Virus record (IMG/VR): IMGVR_UViG_3300045256_000135
Span: 64,001-128,000 of that record
DNA length: 64,000 nucleotides
Direction: 5' to 3' (one strand)
Source: a virus
Numbering within the stretch: position 1 is the stretch's first letter; every line of letters begins with the position of its first letter. The translations under genes were made by a program, and so were the position numbers. Shown here one piece after another: positions 10,801-19,582 of this stretch. The notes under the pieces are model-generated. The model had not been told where the DNA came from and did no database searches. It saw nothing but the letters and a program-made list of their open reading frames with translations.

Positions 10801-11320
10801 GACACAAGCAGCGTGTAAGGCAGCTGGTATCACATCGTTCACGATTAGCAGAAATGTTGAGAACAAGTACGGTAATGCTGGTATCGTTAGTCAAATGGTG
10901 GCTGACTACGCTACGAATTCTAAGAACGGTGGCGGAGGTCAGCTAATCGCTAACCCATTGACCAGCTGGTCGCAAAAGAAGCTCGGAAGTTTCGGAAGCT
11001 TTACGATGCAAAAGAACACCCCGGTACATCTGATCTTCATGCACCACCAGCAGGAAGCTGGCTCGATTAACTTGTTTGGCAGTTACACCGACAACGAACT
11101 CGAGTTGGTTGCAATCTCTCAGAAATGCTCTTCGGTTGCACCTATAACATCAACATCAGGTGTTGTGAAGTTTGCTCAAATCTCGGTTGCTGATTCTGTT
11201 GACACCCAAGAGCCTGATAAATCGTTGCCTACAGGGCTAGGTAAATACGTGTATAGAGCCAAGGATCTGTGGTGGTGGATCACCAACAACAGCGTTGAAC
11301 CTGTTTACTACGTAGGCTGA
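7859..11320 (+). CDS. Large multi-domain protein with wHTH-like repeats and C-terminal ADP-ribosyltransferase-like domain
   Basis: Same His/Cys tag as 1965 ORF; C-terminal ISRNV...PLTSWS...NELELV resembles the R-S-E ART motif triad. Confidence 0.55.
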   Translation: MLDVKKALGMTPDSWVLDENYEVGDNAPHERTDLAVGRTDLDELSVRTAFDLTAAKGPGTPGWCEHHKQNHHKNTKCPFMTGGGTSETSAPPEHSNHNKAKESIKATIFDACKKLGLGLAPSADLSGFIATLQDLGEPTWHTAKSTFIATIKGEMQCSTEQAESIFKQLTETGLFKEQNGEVVYDPGGESTSPTPQKGLKPKKIEAPLDKSKFSPGDVAALVDKLDLAPGSAELGFVKALSNAGVDGLTKTELLESSHLDPQEAEAALKTLLADAGKAITTDGSGNEQKIYFGDFSGNPNPRANTGWTAQDPLVVTKAMGWNVGGKGEAMLRTLAKAAEDGMTVEQLITAMPKPKAGSNKPNAALAKTLLDAVVDKGLASYDAKTKKYTLGVDKAKLEADKLKKLKEIEEKAKQDAIAAAEKAKQDLIQNKLKSLTYPPNTYAAGSVPKPQYASKPAPQGVPVDVHQIAQFLGKDLHNAEELKQFESSSEGQLLKKISNGVMNAKHLCSTSENRKAMLNLVNSGVIDCTSPAALFDETVSDAVLGATFFSKKKLPGSAQVAKFMPAPSKTELSYADGQITRKVIVSEELEDSIAAAQEVTTIDANAIKFMSTEPGRWWRESELAELLGKKVKLSSDLLESRGEGIRVKWRSLMAYSLKTGTKCPKCHVNHRDGHLCPGAPPPKTKPNAVMPSFDTLALTPAKPAYSTYSQAVAAAKAPMSFPQKVEVAVKAAKEMQASPGTMTHKIISLLVQPQNPSTIAAVLQNAGFKQSPASVLSKLVSKGIVVQQPDGSYLLSGLPNQTSELPTKPGEELLKATSTQPAEGVSEIRAQYPADHPIQFMSEKHAKMFHQLVDYYHQFAAPETNGAAFGTNNVDDIKFNEMLNAASSQIPKKVQQVLKAFAASWIGNSQSWAGQIFNGALVQMKITQQEFAGKSPAIQLNGSHSHEGFVFNSSDVEAPIKMKDGTPGPSIAEVVLHQYAMTQAACKAAGITSFTISRNVENKYGNAGIVSQMVADYATNSKNGGGGQLIANPLTSWSQKKLGSFGSFTMQKNTPVHLIFMHHQQEAGSINLFGSYTDNELELVAISQKCSSVAPITSTSGVVKFAQISVADSVDTQEPDKSLPTGLGKYVYRAKDLWWWITNNSVEPVYYVG
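8021..8110 (+). repeat. Copy 2 of ~90-bp coding repeat
   Basis: Near-identical to 2241-2330. Confidence 0.95.
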
Positions 11321-11322
11321 GA

Positions 11323-13719
11323 ATGACTACCAAAAGATGGAATTCTGACATCATTATCCCAGGTTCGAGCTATGGTGACGTTCGGCGTCAAGCTTCAGCT
11401 CCTCTTCCTAGTCAGGATCCAACGATCCACGGGATGACAGTCAATCAAGCTGCTGCTTTGAACAGCAGGTTTGACGAGATGATGCCTCGTCTAGCTTCTG
11501 CAAACCCGCACACCACTAAGCGAGATTTGTTCAGTGGCGATCTTCCGAAGGGAGCAACTTGGGCTCCACGCACTGCCAACTTCGGTGGGGGCGCGATGGG
11601 GGTTTCTGGCCTAAACAACAGTGGAGGGGGCGGTCGCAATATGATGACCGTCCAGAAGCCCTACCAGCCTGAGTTTGCTTCCTCTGATCGACAGAACTAT
11701 CCTGTTCACCGCATCCTAGCTAATCGTTACTGGCGTTTGTTTATCAAGCTTGACCCCGTCATTGGTACGGGTCTTGACATGTACAGCGAGATGCCTTGGA
11801 GCGATTGCAAGCTCACCGGAGAAGGTGTCGAGGGTGAGGTGCGATCTGTTTACGAGGCGATGTGGGAGAAGTGCTCTGTTCTGAGCGTTCTTCCAGCGAT
11901 CGTAAGAGAGTTTCTTGGCCTTGGTGAGTGCATCCCCCATTGCTTCTTTGACAACAGTGAAGGGATCTGGACCTACATTGCTCTTCACGATCCTGATACG
12001 CTTGAGGTCATTGACGCTCCATTCATCAGAATGGATCCAGTTGTCGAGTTTGTTCCGGACGACCGTCTTCGGTCGATTCTGACCAGCACTGACCCAGAGC
12101 TTGCTGTTATCAGATCGAAGATGCCTCCCGAGTTACTAGCTCGTTTGCAGAGCCGGCAAAACATCCGGATCAACACTGAGACGAATGCAACGTTTCTTGC
12201 GAGGAAGTTGCATCCGTATGAGACTCGAGGAACTTCGATCCTCTCAAGAATGTGGCGTGTCCTCATGTACGAGGATGCGATTTTCGAAGCATCACTTGCT
12301 ACCGCTCGGCGCCATGCTGGGCCTTTGAAGATCGCCAAGTTGGGAAATCCACAGACCAACTGGATTCCTGGACCTGAGCACGAACGTCGGTTCATGGAGC
12401 TTGTTGCTCAAGCAGAGATGGACCCGCATGCCTGGATTGTGTATCACTACGGCCTCTCGTTGGAGGCGTTTGGTACCACCGATCGTGTTCTGACCATCAA
12501 CAAGGAGTGGGAGATCATCGAGAGGATCAAGCTGGCAGCGCTTGGCATCTCTCGAAGCTTCCTCAGTGGTGAGCTTACTTATGCATCCGCTACTGCTGGT
12601 CTGCAAGTGTTTCTCCGTCGAGCACTCTCGATGCGAAACTATCTTGAGTCCGCCTGGCTGAAGCCAAAGTTCTTCAAGCCAGTTGCTGAGATCAATGGTT
12701 TCTACAAGCCAACTCCAGCAGAGGTAGCCCATCGAACCAAAGTCAAGCGAACAGCTCAGCAAGCTAGAGACGAAGGACGTCTCATCATTCCAAAGATTGA
12801 GTGGGCTAACAAGCTCAGTCCCTCGATTGAGAATGATCTGCTCAATGCCTACAACACTCTGGAGAAGCAATTGGGCGTTCGGATCTCGAAGACCAAGAAG
12901 ATGGCAGTAGCCAACCTCTCATTCGAAGAGGAGTTGAAGCGGTCGCTAGAAGAGGACAAGTTCGAGGACGATGTTCGCAAGCTGCACGGGGTTGATGATA
13001 AGAAGACTGACCCGGCTGAGATTCAGAAGATCATCGACAACACAGACGAGACAAAGGACGATGATTCTAAATCAGAGGGGAAGCCAGATGCTGGTCCTGA
13101 CAACACACACGGTGGCAAGCACCCGCCAAACCCAATGCTGAAGCAAGACCAGCAGTATCAGGAGTCCGAGAAGGTTAATCCTCCAGCTCTCGAAGGGCCA
13201 CAAGCTGATCCGGTTGACAACCCTGGACCTGTAGACAAAGGGTTGGGTAACGACTCAACTGACAAGTTCTGGGGTGCAAACCGAAAGTTCGGCGTCTGGG
13301 AGCAAGATGACATCGAGGGGCTGATCGATCTTCTTGAAAGTGGAGAGACTGAATCTGCCTTCTGGTCAAAGCTCACGCCGAAAGTTGTGAAAAAGCAGAT
13401 CAAGCACCCCGATGGGTCGTATGTCTTTACGAAAGTCCTCGAAGGTTACGCTCCGTACAAGGCACTTCAGAACGGAGACCAAGATTCAGCTTGGGAGCAG
13501 ATTGAAGCCTTTCTTGACGAGGAGGGTTTCCCGCCAAAAGACATAGCTGATCTGCAGAAGATACTGTACCATGAGGGCACGTTTGAGTCGCCACATGAGA
13601 AGTTTCTCGAAGCTTTACCTGAAGATCCGAGCCAGCTCTCTGATGAAGCATTCGGCAAGCTATTCGCCGAAAAGGTTGAAAACCACCCTTTAGCCCAGAG
13701 GGCGCGGAGAGCTCGGTAA
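11323..13719 (+). CDS. Portal protein with acidic C-terminal extension
   Basis: DPVIGTGLDMYSEMP, LHPYETRGTSIL, ALGISRSFLSGE...YA motifs typical of large-myovirus portals; position between terminase and MuF/protease. Confidence 0.8.
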   Translation: MTTKRWNSDIIIPGSSYGDVRRQASAPLPSQDPTIHGMTVNQAAALNSRFDEMMPRLASANPHTTKRDLFSGDLPKGATWAPRTANFGGGAMGVSGLNNSGGGGRNMMTVQKPYQPEFASSDRQNYPVHRILANRYWRLFIKLDPVIGTGLDMYSEMPWSDCKLTGEGVEGEVRSVYEAMWEKCSVLSVLPAIVREFLGLGECIPHCFFDNSEGIWTYIALHDPDTLEVIDAPFIRMDPVVEFVPDDRLRSILTSTDPELAVIRSKMPPELLARLQSRQNIRINTETNATFLARKLHPYETRGTSILSRMWRVLMYEDAIFEASLATARRHAGPLKIAKLGNPQTNWIPGPEHERRFMELVAQAEMDPHAWIVYHYGLSLEAFGTTDRVLTINKEWEIIERIKLAALGISRSFLSGELTYASATAGLQVFLRRALSMRNYLESAWLKPKFFKPVAEINGFYKPTPAEVAHRTKVKRTAQQARDEGRLIIPKIEWANKLSPSIENDLLNAYNTLEKQLGVRISKTKKMAVANLSFEEELKRSLEEDKFEDDVRKLHGVDDKKTDPAEIQKIIDNTDETKDDDSKSEGKPDAGPDNTHGGKHPPNPMLKQDQQYQESEKVNPPALEGPQADPVDNPGPVDKGLGNDSTDKFWGANRKFGVWEQDDIEGLIDLLESGETESAFWSKLTPKVVKKQIKHPDGSYVFTKVLEGYAPYKALQNGDQDSAWEQIEAFLDEEGFPPKDIADLQKILYHEGTFESPHEKFLEALPEDPSQLSDEAFGKLFAEKVENHPLAQRARRAR

Positions 13720-13739
13720 AACCGAGAGTTCTCCACGCC
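13686..13739 (+). promoter_or_regulatory. Putative programmed -1 frameshift signal (C CCT TTA + hairpin) joining portal to MuF
   Basis: X XXY YYZ heptamer 13686-13692 in portal frame, 8-nt spacer, ~16-bp hairpin 13701-13739; -1 frame open from 13680 into the MuF ORF. Confidence 0.65.
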
Positions 13740-13814
13740 GAAGACACCTTCCTGATTGGTGAAGGGAACGGAACGCGACATAGAGCACGACCTGGTACTA
13801 GAGCAGCTGACTTC

Positions 13815-15707
13815 ATGTTCTCTCGAAGTGGTGATATCCGCACCGAGAAACAAGTTCAGCAGTTGATCCATGGTGTCAACTGCACTTGCCACAAAACTGC
13901 GATAAAGACACCTGACTTTCTAGCTCCGAAGAACTACGAGAGTCGGGAACACTGGCAGAAGCGATTGCACCTAAGCAAGATCCCGCTTGATGCAAAACGC
14001 TACATCAAACAGCTTGAAAATGACGTTATTGACGGTAACGCCAAGTCGTTTGAAGCCTTGTGGAGCAAGATTGAGAAGGTTCTCGAAATGCCTGGTGGGT
14101 TGAGCCAGTCCACGTTAGTTGGCCTGATTGATTCAGCTCTCGCAACCCAACTCAATCATGTGGATCGCGGTGCTATCGATAATGCACTGACCGGTCTGTA
14201 TAGCTCTGGCAAGGAGCATGCGTACAGCCTGACAGACTTTAAAGCGAAGAAGATCAAGCGTCTGAAGAAACTGTCCTCTAAGCAGGCCTTCTTGAAGGAG
14301 GCGGTAACAATTGACACGGTTGAGGACAAACTTATGCTCCAGCATCTGAAGGAGACTGCTCTTAAGAATGTCAAGAGCATAGCGAACAAAGAGCTTAGGG
14401 ACAAAATCCTCGAAGCTCTAACTGCTGCTGGGTCTGAGAACGAGAATCCGCTTGAGCTCGCGAATAAGATCATCCAGGAAGAGTCAGAGAAGCTCAAGGA
14501 AAAGGGCAAAGAGCAGTTCAAGAAGATGCTTGAAGAGCTTTATGGAAAGCAGCAGTATCAGATTCAGCGCATTATGCGTACAGAGTCGATGAATGGCTTC
14601 GTACTAGCACAACTTCAAGGTTACAAAGAGCAAGGCATCGTAGCTGTTCGTTGGAAAGCGTTACAGAACGATCCAAAGGTATGTAACCTCTGCAAAACAC
14701 TTGACGGGAACACGTTCGAGATTGAGTACCTACTGTCTGAGGGTGGACGTTATCCTTTGACGTTTATGAGTCACCCGAACTGCAGGTGTGGGTTTGAGCC
14801 TGTTATAGCATTCGTGTCTTTCGATGATTTCGAAAAAGAGTATGCAAAGACACACCCGGATCAGTTCATTCAAGGTGAGCCTATCTTCAACGAAGAACTG
14901 CTCGGTCTAGAAGACATTCTGAAAGACTTCAAGGCTGGTTCGACGAAGTTTGATCGTGTTCCAGTTGAGCATGCCGAAGAGTTGGAGTCGTTTGCCAAGA
15001 AGGTTGACAACTCACCACTGGCTGACTCAGCACCACCACAAGTGAAGTTTGTGCAGGATGTGTTTGAGACTGATGCGTATCAACAGCGAGGCCGAACTGA
15101 TGAATCGAAGAAAGGTCAGGTCGACTCTTGGTATGATCCGGAAACAAAGACGACCTGGGTCTCTTCATACGCTACGCAATTCTCTTCCCCAAGTGAGGTA
15201 ATGGCTCGTGACTGGGCATCAAGAGTCTGGAGAGATAATGGCACAGTCAGGAAGTGGTTTACGTCACACTTTGATGGTGAGACTGTCTCCGACAGAAAAG
15301 TGTCCCCAGCAGCACTGGAGATACTCCAGCAAACCTTCAAGCCATTTGCTCTAGCGAGCACCTACTACCTAGAGTCTGGAGACGCTCTGGGGTTGACAGC
15401 AAAGACTCGAGCCCTACCAGAGGATCAATTGCGAGAGATACTAAGTAAGCTTGGGCTCTCGAAAACTGATGTAAGCTCGGTTTTAAAGGGAAGAGATAGC
15501 CATACACTGTGGTCGATGACTAGTGGAGAGGTAGTAGACACAGAAGAAACGAACAAATTCGTTTCTGAGCACTCACGTAACTCAGCCCTTCAACTGTTCG
15601 TAGACTCGTTTGTGAGTTACGTAACGTCTCCTTACATACTAGAACACAAAGATCCCAAAGCGTTTGAGTTTCTCAGAGACTCTGTGTTCAAGGGCGAGGC
15701 ATTCTGA
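13815..15707 (+). CDS. MuF / SPP1 gp7-family head morphogenesis protein with C-terminal extension
   Basis: RIMRTE...W..LQNDPKVCNLC..LDG...HPNCRC signature; reading frame open upstream to 13680. Confidence 0.85.
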   Translation: MFSRSGDIRTEKQVQQLIHGVNCTCHKTAIKTPDFLAPKNYESREHWQKRLHLSKIPLDAKRYIKQLENDVIDGNAKSFEALWSKIEKVLEMPGGLSQSTLVGLIDSALATQLNHVDRGAIDNALTGLYSSGKEHAYSLTDFKAKKIKRLKKLSSKQAFLKEAVTIDTVEDKLMLQHLKETALKNVKSIANKELRDKILEALTAAGSENENPLELANKIIQEESEKLKEKGKEQFKKMLEELYGKQQYQIQRIMRTESMNGFVLAQLQGYKEQGIVAVRWKALQNDPKVCNLCKTLDGNTFEIEYLLSEGGRYPLTFMSHPNCRCGFEPVIAFVSFDDFEKEYAKTHPDQFIQGEPIFNEELLGLEDILKDFKAGSTKFDRVPVEHAEELESFAKKVDNSPLADSAPPQVKFVQDVFETDAYQQRGRTDESKKGQVDSWYDPETKTTWVSSYATQFSSPSEVMARDWASRVWRDNGTVRKWFTSHFDGETVSDRKVSPAALEILQQTFKPFALASTYYLESGDALGLTAKTRALPEDQLREILSKLGLSKTDVSSVLKGRDSHTLWSMTSGEVVDTEETNKFVSEHSRNSALQLFVDSFVSYVTSPYILEHKDPKAFEFLRDSVFKGEAF

Positions 15708-16147
15708 TGGCTGACCACCCGCTACTAACGAAAGCGATCCAAAACCAGCGAATGTCGTTCGACGACTTCTGCAAAGTTGGCAATCTGGTGCATCCTAGTT
15801 GGTTTGTGGAGCACAGTGTGGTTGTCATGCCTCGAACAGCGTTATACCATCACGAGCGTGGTAGGAAGTTCAGGCCTACGAAATCTGAAGCCCAGTCTGG
15901 CAGGTTTAGCTGTCCGAAATGTCAGAAGGTGCTTGTCAAAGTGCGATTCAGAGCTGGGGAATTTGGATACACGTGTCCACGCTGCAACTGGAGCATTCAT
16001 CGGGATGATATCTGGTCACCACAGCAGAAGGAAGTGCCTGTAGCTAGAGAGCCAGGTGACATCACAGATCTGAACGATGCTTCAAACACAATTGGGATTG
16101 ATATCAGCATGGAAGAGCTTGACAATGAAGGGATTCCGGTGGTTTGA
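15707..16147 (+). CDS. Zn-ribbon protein
   Basis: CPKC...CPRC; coupled to upstream stop (TGATG). Confidence 0.65.
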   Translation: MADHPLLTKAIQNQRMSFDDFCKVGNLVHPSWFVEHSVVVMPRTALYHHERGRKFRPTKSEAQSGRFSCPKCQKVLVKVRFRAGEFGYTCPRCNWSIHRDDIWSPQQKEVPVAREPGDITDLNDASNTIGIDISMEELDNEGIPVV

Positions 16148-16479
16148 TGCAATTCGCAGTGATTGTCAACAACGTCGGAAAACCTTTTGCGATCTTTGTG
16201 CATGATCCATCTGTTGGAAGGGTGGTGTTTAAGGGTCCAACAGGTTCTGACTTAGCTGCCTCATTCGCATTTAGCGCCACCAAACCAGTGGTCCGAGGTA
16301 CTGTCGTTGGTGGGTCGATTATCAGAAAGAAGATTCCGTCGAACGATCCCAGTTACCTCAGAGAAAAGCTTGATGACATGATTTTCCCGCCTTACCGTGT
16401 TCAACAGGTCAGCGACATATCCAGTTCGAAGGCTCTGGATGATGTTGCAGACGATCTAGAGAAAGAGTGGCTCGTATGA
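16144..16479 (+). CDS. Hypothetical protein
   Basis: Tight overlaps with both neighbours on the operon strand. Confidence 0.6.
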   Translation: MMQFAVIVNNVGKPFAIFVHDPSVGRVVFKGPTGSDLAASFAFSATKPVVRGTVVGGSIIRKKIPSNDPSYLREKLDDMIFPPYRVQQVSDISSSKALDDVADDLEKEWLV

Positions 16480-16652
16480 GTTTCAAAAAGACCGGAATTG
16501 CTCCAGTGATTGGTGATCCAATCCAACAGTCACCAGCAACTGAAGTGCACACGTGCATCAATACAGCAACGACCAACGACGGCTTGCCTCCGCCGCCATG
16601 CAAGGCGTGCCAGTCACAATTTCGTCAGAAATTCACTACACCGCAGAAGTAG
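16476..16652 (+). CDS. Small hypothetical protein
   Basis: ATGA overlap with the upstream stop; C-terminal CxxC. Confidence 0.4.
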   Translation: MSFKKTGIAPVIGDPIQQSPATEVHTCINTATTNDGLPPPPCKACQSQFRQKFTTPQK

Positions 16653-16756
16653 TCTGTTACATCGAGTAAGAGCAGTGCTCGCCGTATACTCGATGTGGTT
16701 TCCTGAATCGAGAAATAGATTCGTACTGACGAACTGTATCTTCTTTGAAGAAGTTC

Positions 16757-17674
16757 ATGTTCGTCAAGACTGCTAAAGCTGATGTACTCGCGCATTGGGA
16801 GGGACAGGGTGGCACTCTGTCCCGTACAGCAGGGTTAGAAAAGACAGCATCACACTTCGTTCAGAATGCTGGACGTATCGATGTGACATCAGCTCTAGCT
16901 GATGTAGCTGCATTCTACAACATCAGCTCAAATCCGCAGGACTACTTCTTCATTCCAGTACGTGCCAATTCAATCGACGTTCCAAACGAGAACGGCGATT
17001 GTTTCATGAATGGTGAGATGCTTCGATTTGATCCCAAGCTGGGTCGTCGAGTGTATCAAACCTACATGCTGAAGCCTCACCACGTCAACCACAGAGCTGA
17101 TAACCCACTTATGGCTCGTGGATTTATCGTTGACGTGCACTACAATAATCAGAATGCAATGCCTGATGAGTGGCGGAAGAAGTACGCCGATGCCACAGGT
17201 GTTGATCATCCACAGGACTTGTTCATCGAAGCTCTGCTTGCTGTTGATTCGACCAAAGACAAGCATTTAGCTGCCGGACTAAAGAGTGGACAGATCAAAG
17301 CATTCAGCATGGGCTGTGAATGCGCTATGACAGAGTGTTCAGTTTGTGGCAATCAAGCTACGAACAGGATGCAGTTCTGCGCTCACATTAGAACTGGCAA
17401 CAAAAACAAGCTGTTCTTTTCAGAGAAACTCGGTCGTAACATCAAAGCATTTGAACGTTGCTATGGTGTTTGTTTCTCTGAGTTGTCAGCCGTCGATACT
17501 CCGGCTGATCCAAGAGCTTTTGCCTCTGGTGAAGTTTTCCAACTGCATGCTAGCTCCCAGGTTGATCGGGAAGAGCTACTGCAGATTGTCGCATTCGCAA
17601 AGAAACACAAGGACTCCATGCCGAAGACTCTACAGGGTTTTTTGGCGGAGGTTCTGAATGACTATGCTGAATAA
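16757..17674 (+). CDS. Putative prohead (capsid maturation) protease
   Basis: PNENGD, HHVNH, AFSMGC and ELSAVDTPAD resemble HK97/assemblin-type serine protease motifs, with a Cys-rich insert; sits between MuF and scaffold. ATG 16757 preferred. Confidence 0.7.
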   Translation: MFVKTAKADVLAHWEGQGGTLSRTAGLEKTASHFVQNAGRIDVTSALADVAAFYNISSNPQDYFFIPVRANSIDVPNENGDCFMNGEMLRFDPKLGRRVYQTYMLKPHHVNHRADNPLMARGFIVDVHYNNQNAMPDEWRKKYADATGVDHPQDLFIEALLAVDSTKDKHLAAGLKSGQIKAFSMGCECAMTECSVCGNQATNRMQFCAHIRTGNKNKLFFSEKLGRNIKAFERCYGVCFSELSAVDTPADPRAFASGEVFQLHASSQVDREELLQIVAFAKKHKDSMPKTLQGFLAEVLNDYAE

Positions 17675-19544
17675 GGAACTCGAATCCAAGATCGCCGCTT
17701 TTGAAGCAAGTCTTTCTGACGAAGAAAGAGCAAGATTCTCTGACCTCGGGAACGGGAAAATGGCAAACACGAAGACTACTAAGGTTTCTCAGCAAGTTCC
17801 TCCGGTTCCTCCGCAGGAAGACGAACTTCAAGCAGCAACCTCGGCTACTTCTCAGCCAGTTGCTCCCAACCCATCGATGCCGCAGCCTGAGGCACCGGTG
17901 GAAGCTGCTACGTCTGCTAATTCACAGATGCAAGCTCCACCCGCTCCCGCCCCTCCAGCTGGTGTTCCAGAAGCTCCAGTGCAGGCAGCAACCTCTGCTA
18001 ATTCTCAAATGAATCCAGCCCCGGCTCCAATGGAGCCACCCGGCGTTGAAGCAGCTACATCCGCAACATCTCAGCCTGTGACTCCTCCGGCCCCTCCCGC
18101 AATGGGAGACATGGACGAGGTCGAGGCACAGGACATCTCTAATTATGTTGATGAGCATAAGCCTGAAGCTCAACAGCAGATGTCCAATGATGAGATGGGC
18201 ATTCGCCCGCAAGCGCGCTATGCTTCAGTCTATGGCCACTTGAGAATCAGAGCCAACAGTGAAGGCAATCTCGAGGTCATTGATCCTCAAGATACCTCGA
18301 AGACTGCGCTTCTGACCGTTCGTACAAACAATGCAACTAAGCGTTCGAAAGTTGCGTTGCAAGGTTGTGCGGTCAGAGTTCTGCAGGGCATTGCCAAAGA
18401 TGGATTGGTAGTAACCGCGCGGAAGTGGAAGGCTCTTGTCAAGAAGGCAGACGGTGGGGTGGTTGACTATGGTGACACCAACATGGTTGACGCACCGTCT
18501 TACGACAAGAGCTCGATCACTGAGGACGGTGCTTCAGTTCTCAAGAATGAGAACTATGATGCCAACGGCGTCACTAGCACCACGAAGGAAGACGGACTCA
18601 CTGCCAAAGAGAAGCACCCAGCTCGCAATGTTCCAGGTCTTGGTGGTCCATTGAAGACTGCTCAGATCAGTGGTGGTTCACTCTCAGATCGGGAAACTAA
18701 CCTAGCCGATGAGAACAACGATCGCAGTGAGAAGTCGTTGTCCTCTACTGAGGGGCGAGAGTCAAACATGGCAGAAGACTACACGCCGTTTAAGATGTCT
18801 GATACCTCTCTGGAAGATGCAGAGAATGTTCTTGCGGACCCTGAGTATCAGAACAAGGCTGCAGCATCCTTCATTGAAGAAAAGAATGACAAGCCGGAGT
18901 CTGGCCTCAGTGAGGAAGACGAAGCTAAGATTGCTGCATACTACGACAAGAAGGCTCAGAAACTCGCGGCCGAGAAGGTCAAGGAATTCTCAGCTCGACT
19001 TGCTCGGTGCATTCGAATGGCTGCTCGTCGTCAGGCGCTCAACCTTGAATCGAATCAGATCAAGATTGCACTCGCTGACGTGCTCATGAGCCCAGCATTC
19101 ATGAGCCGCCATGAAGAGTACGTTCCGATGGATGAGCGTACTGCAACGTTCGTAATTGAGCGCGCACTAGACCAGAAGGCAGCTGTATCCTACATTGACT
19201 CTCTGTTTGAGAGAGCTGCTTCGCTCATGAAGATGTCTGATGAATCCCTCGCTCAGCTTGAGGCAGATCTCAAGCGATCGTTGCCAGTGAACGTAACAGC
19301 TCAGTTTGGCACTGATGACGGCTTCCCTGAAGAGGAAGAGGTCGAGGTCGAGGAGGAAACTCCTGAAGCGAAGGCTGCCTCCCGCCGCCGTAGTGCTGAT
19401 GAAGGCAACTTCGACATCTCTCCTGCCTTTGGTAAGACCTCGGAAGAGGAAGACCTAAATCCAAAGCGTAGACAAATTTCGGCAGCTCTCAACGGTACGA
19501 GAGCTGCTTCACGCCACTCAGCGTTCTTCCCACAGGGGCGCTGA
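17658..19544 (+). CDS. Putative scaffolding / internal head protein
   Basis: Acidic, Pro/Ala-rich low complexity with four [EQ]AATSA[TN]SQ repeats; lies between protease and capsid genes. Confidence 0.55.
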   Translation: MTMLNKELESKIAAFEASLSDEERARFSDLGNGKMANTKTTKVSQQVPPVPPQEDELQAATSATSQPVAPNPSMPQPEAPVEAATSANSQMQAPPAPAPPAGVPEAPVQAATSANSQMNPAPAPMEPPGVEAATSATSQPVTPPAPPAMGDMDEVEAQDISNYVDEHKPEAQQQMSNDEMGIRPQARYASVYGHLRIRANSEGNLEVIDPQDTSKTALLTVRTNNATKRSKVALQGCAVRVLQGIAKDGLVVTARKWKALVKKADGGVVDYGDTNMVDAPSYDKSSITEDGASVLKNENYDANGVTSTTKEDGLTAKEKHPARNVPGLGGPLKTAQISGGSLSDRETNLADENNDRSEKSLSSTEGRESNMAEDYTPFKMSDTSLEDAENVLADPEYQNKAAASFIEEKNDKPESGLSEEDEAKIAAYYDKKAQKLAAEKVKEFSARLARCIRMAARRQALNLESNQIKIALADVLMSPAFMSRHEEYVPMDERTATFVIERALDQKAAVSYIDSLFERAASLMKMSDESLAQLEADLKRSLPVNVTAQFGTDDGFPEEEEVEVEEETPEAKAASRRRSADEGNFDISPAFGKTSEEEDLNPKRRQISAALNGTRAASRHSAFFPQGR

Positions 19545-19582
19545 CTAAGCTTGATTGATGTGGAGAAAGGAGTGAAACGAAC

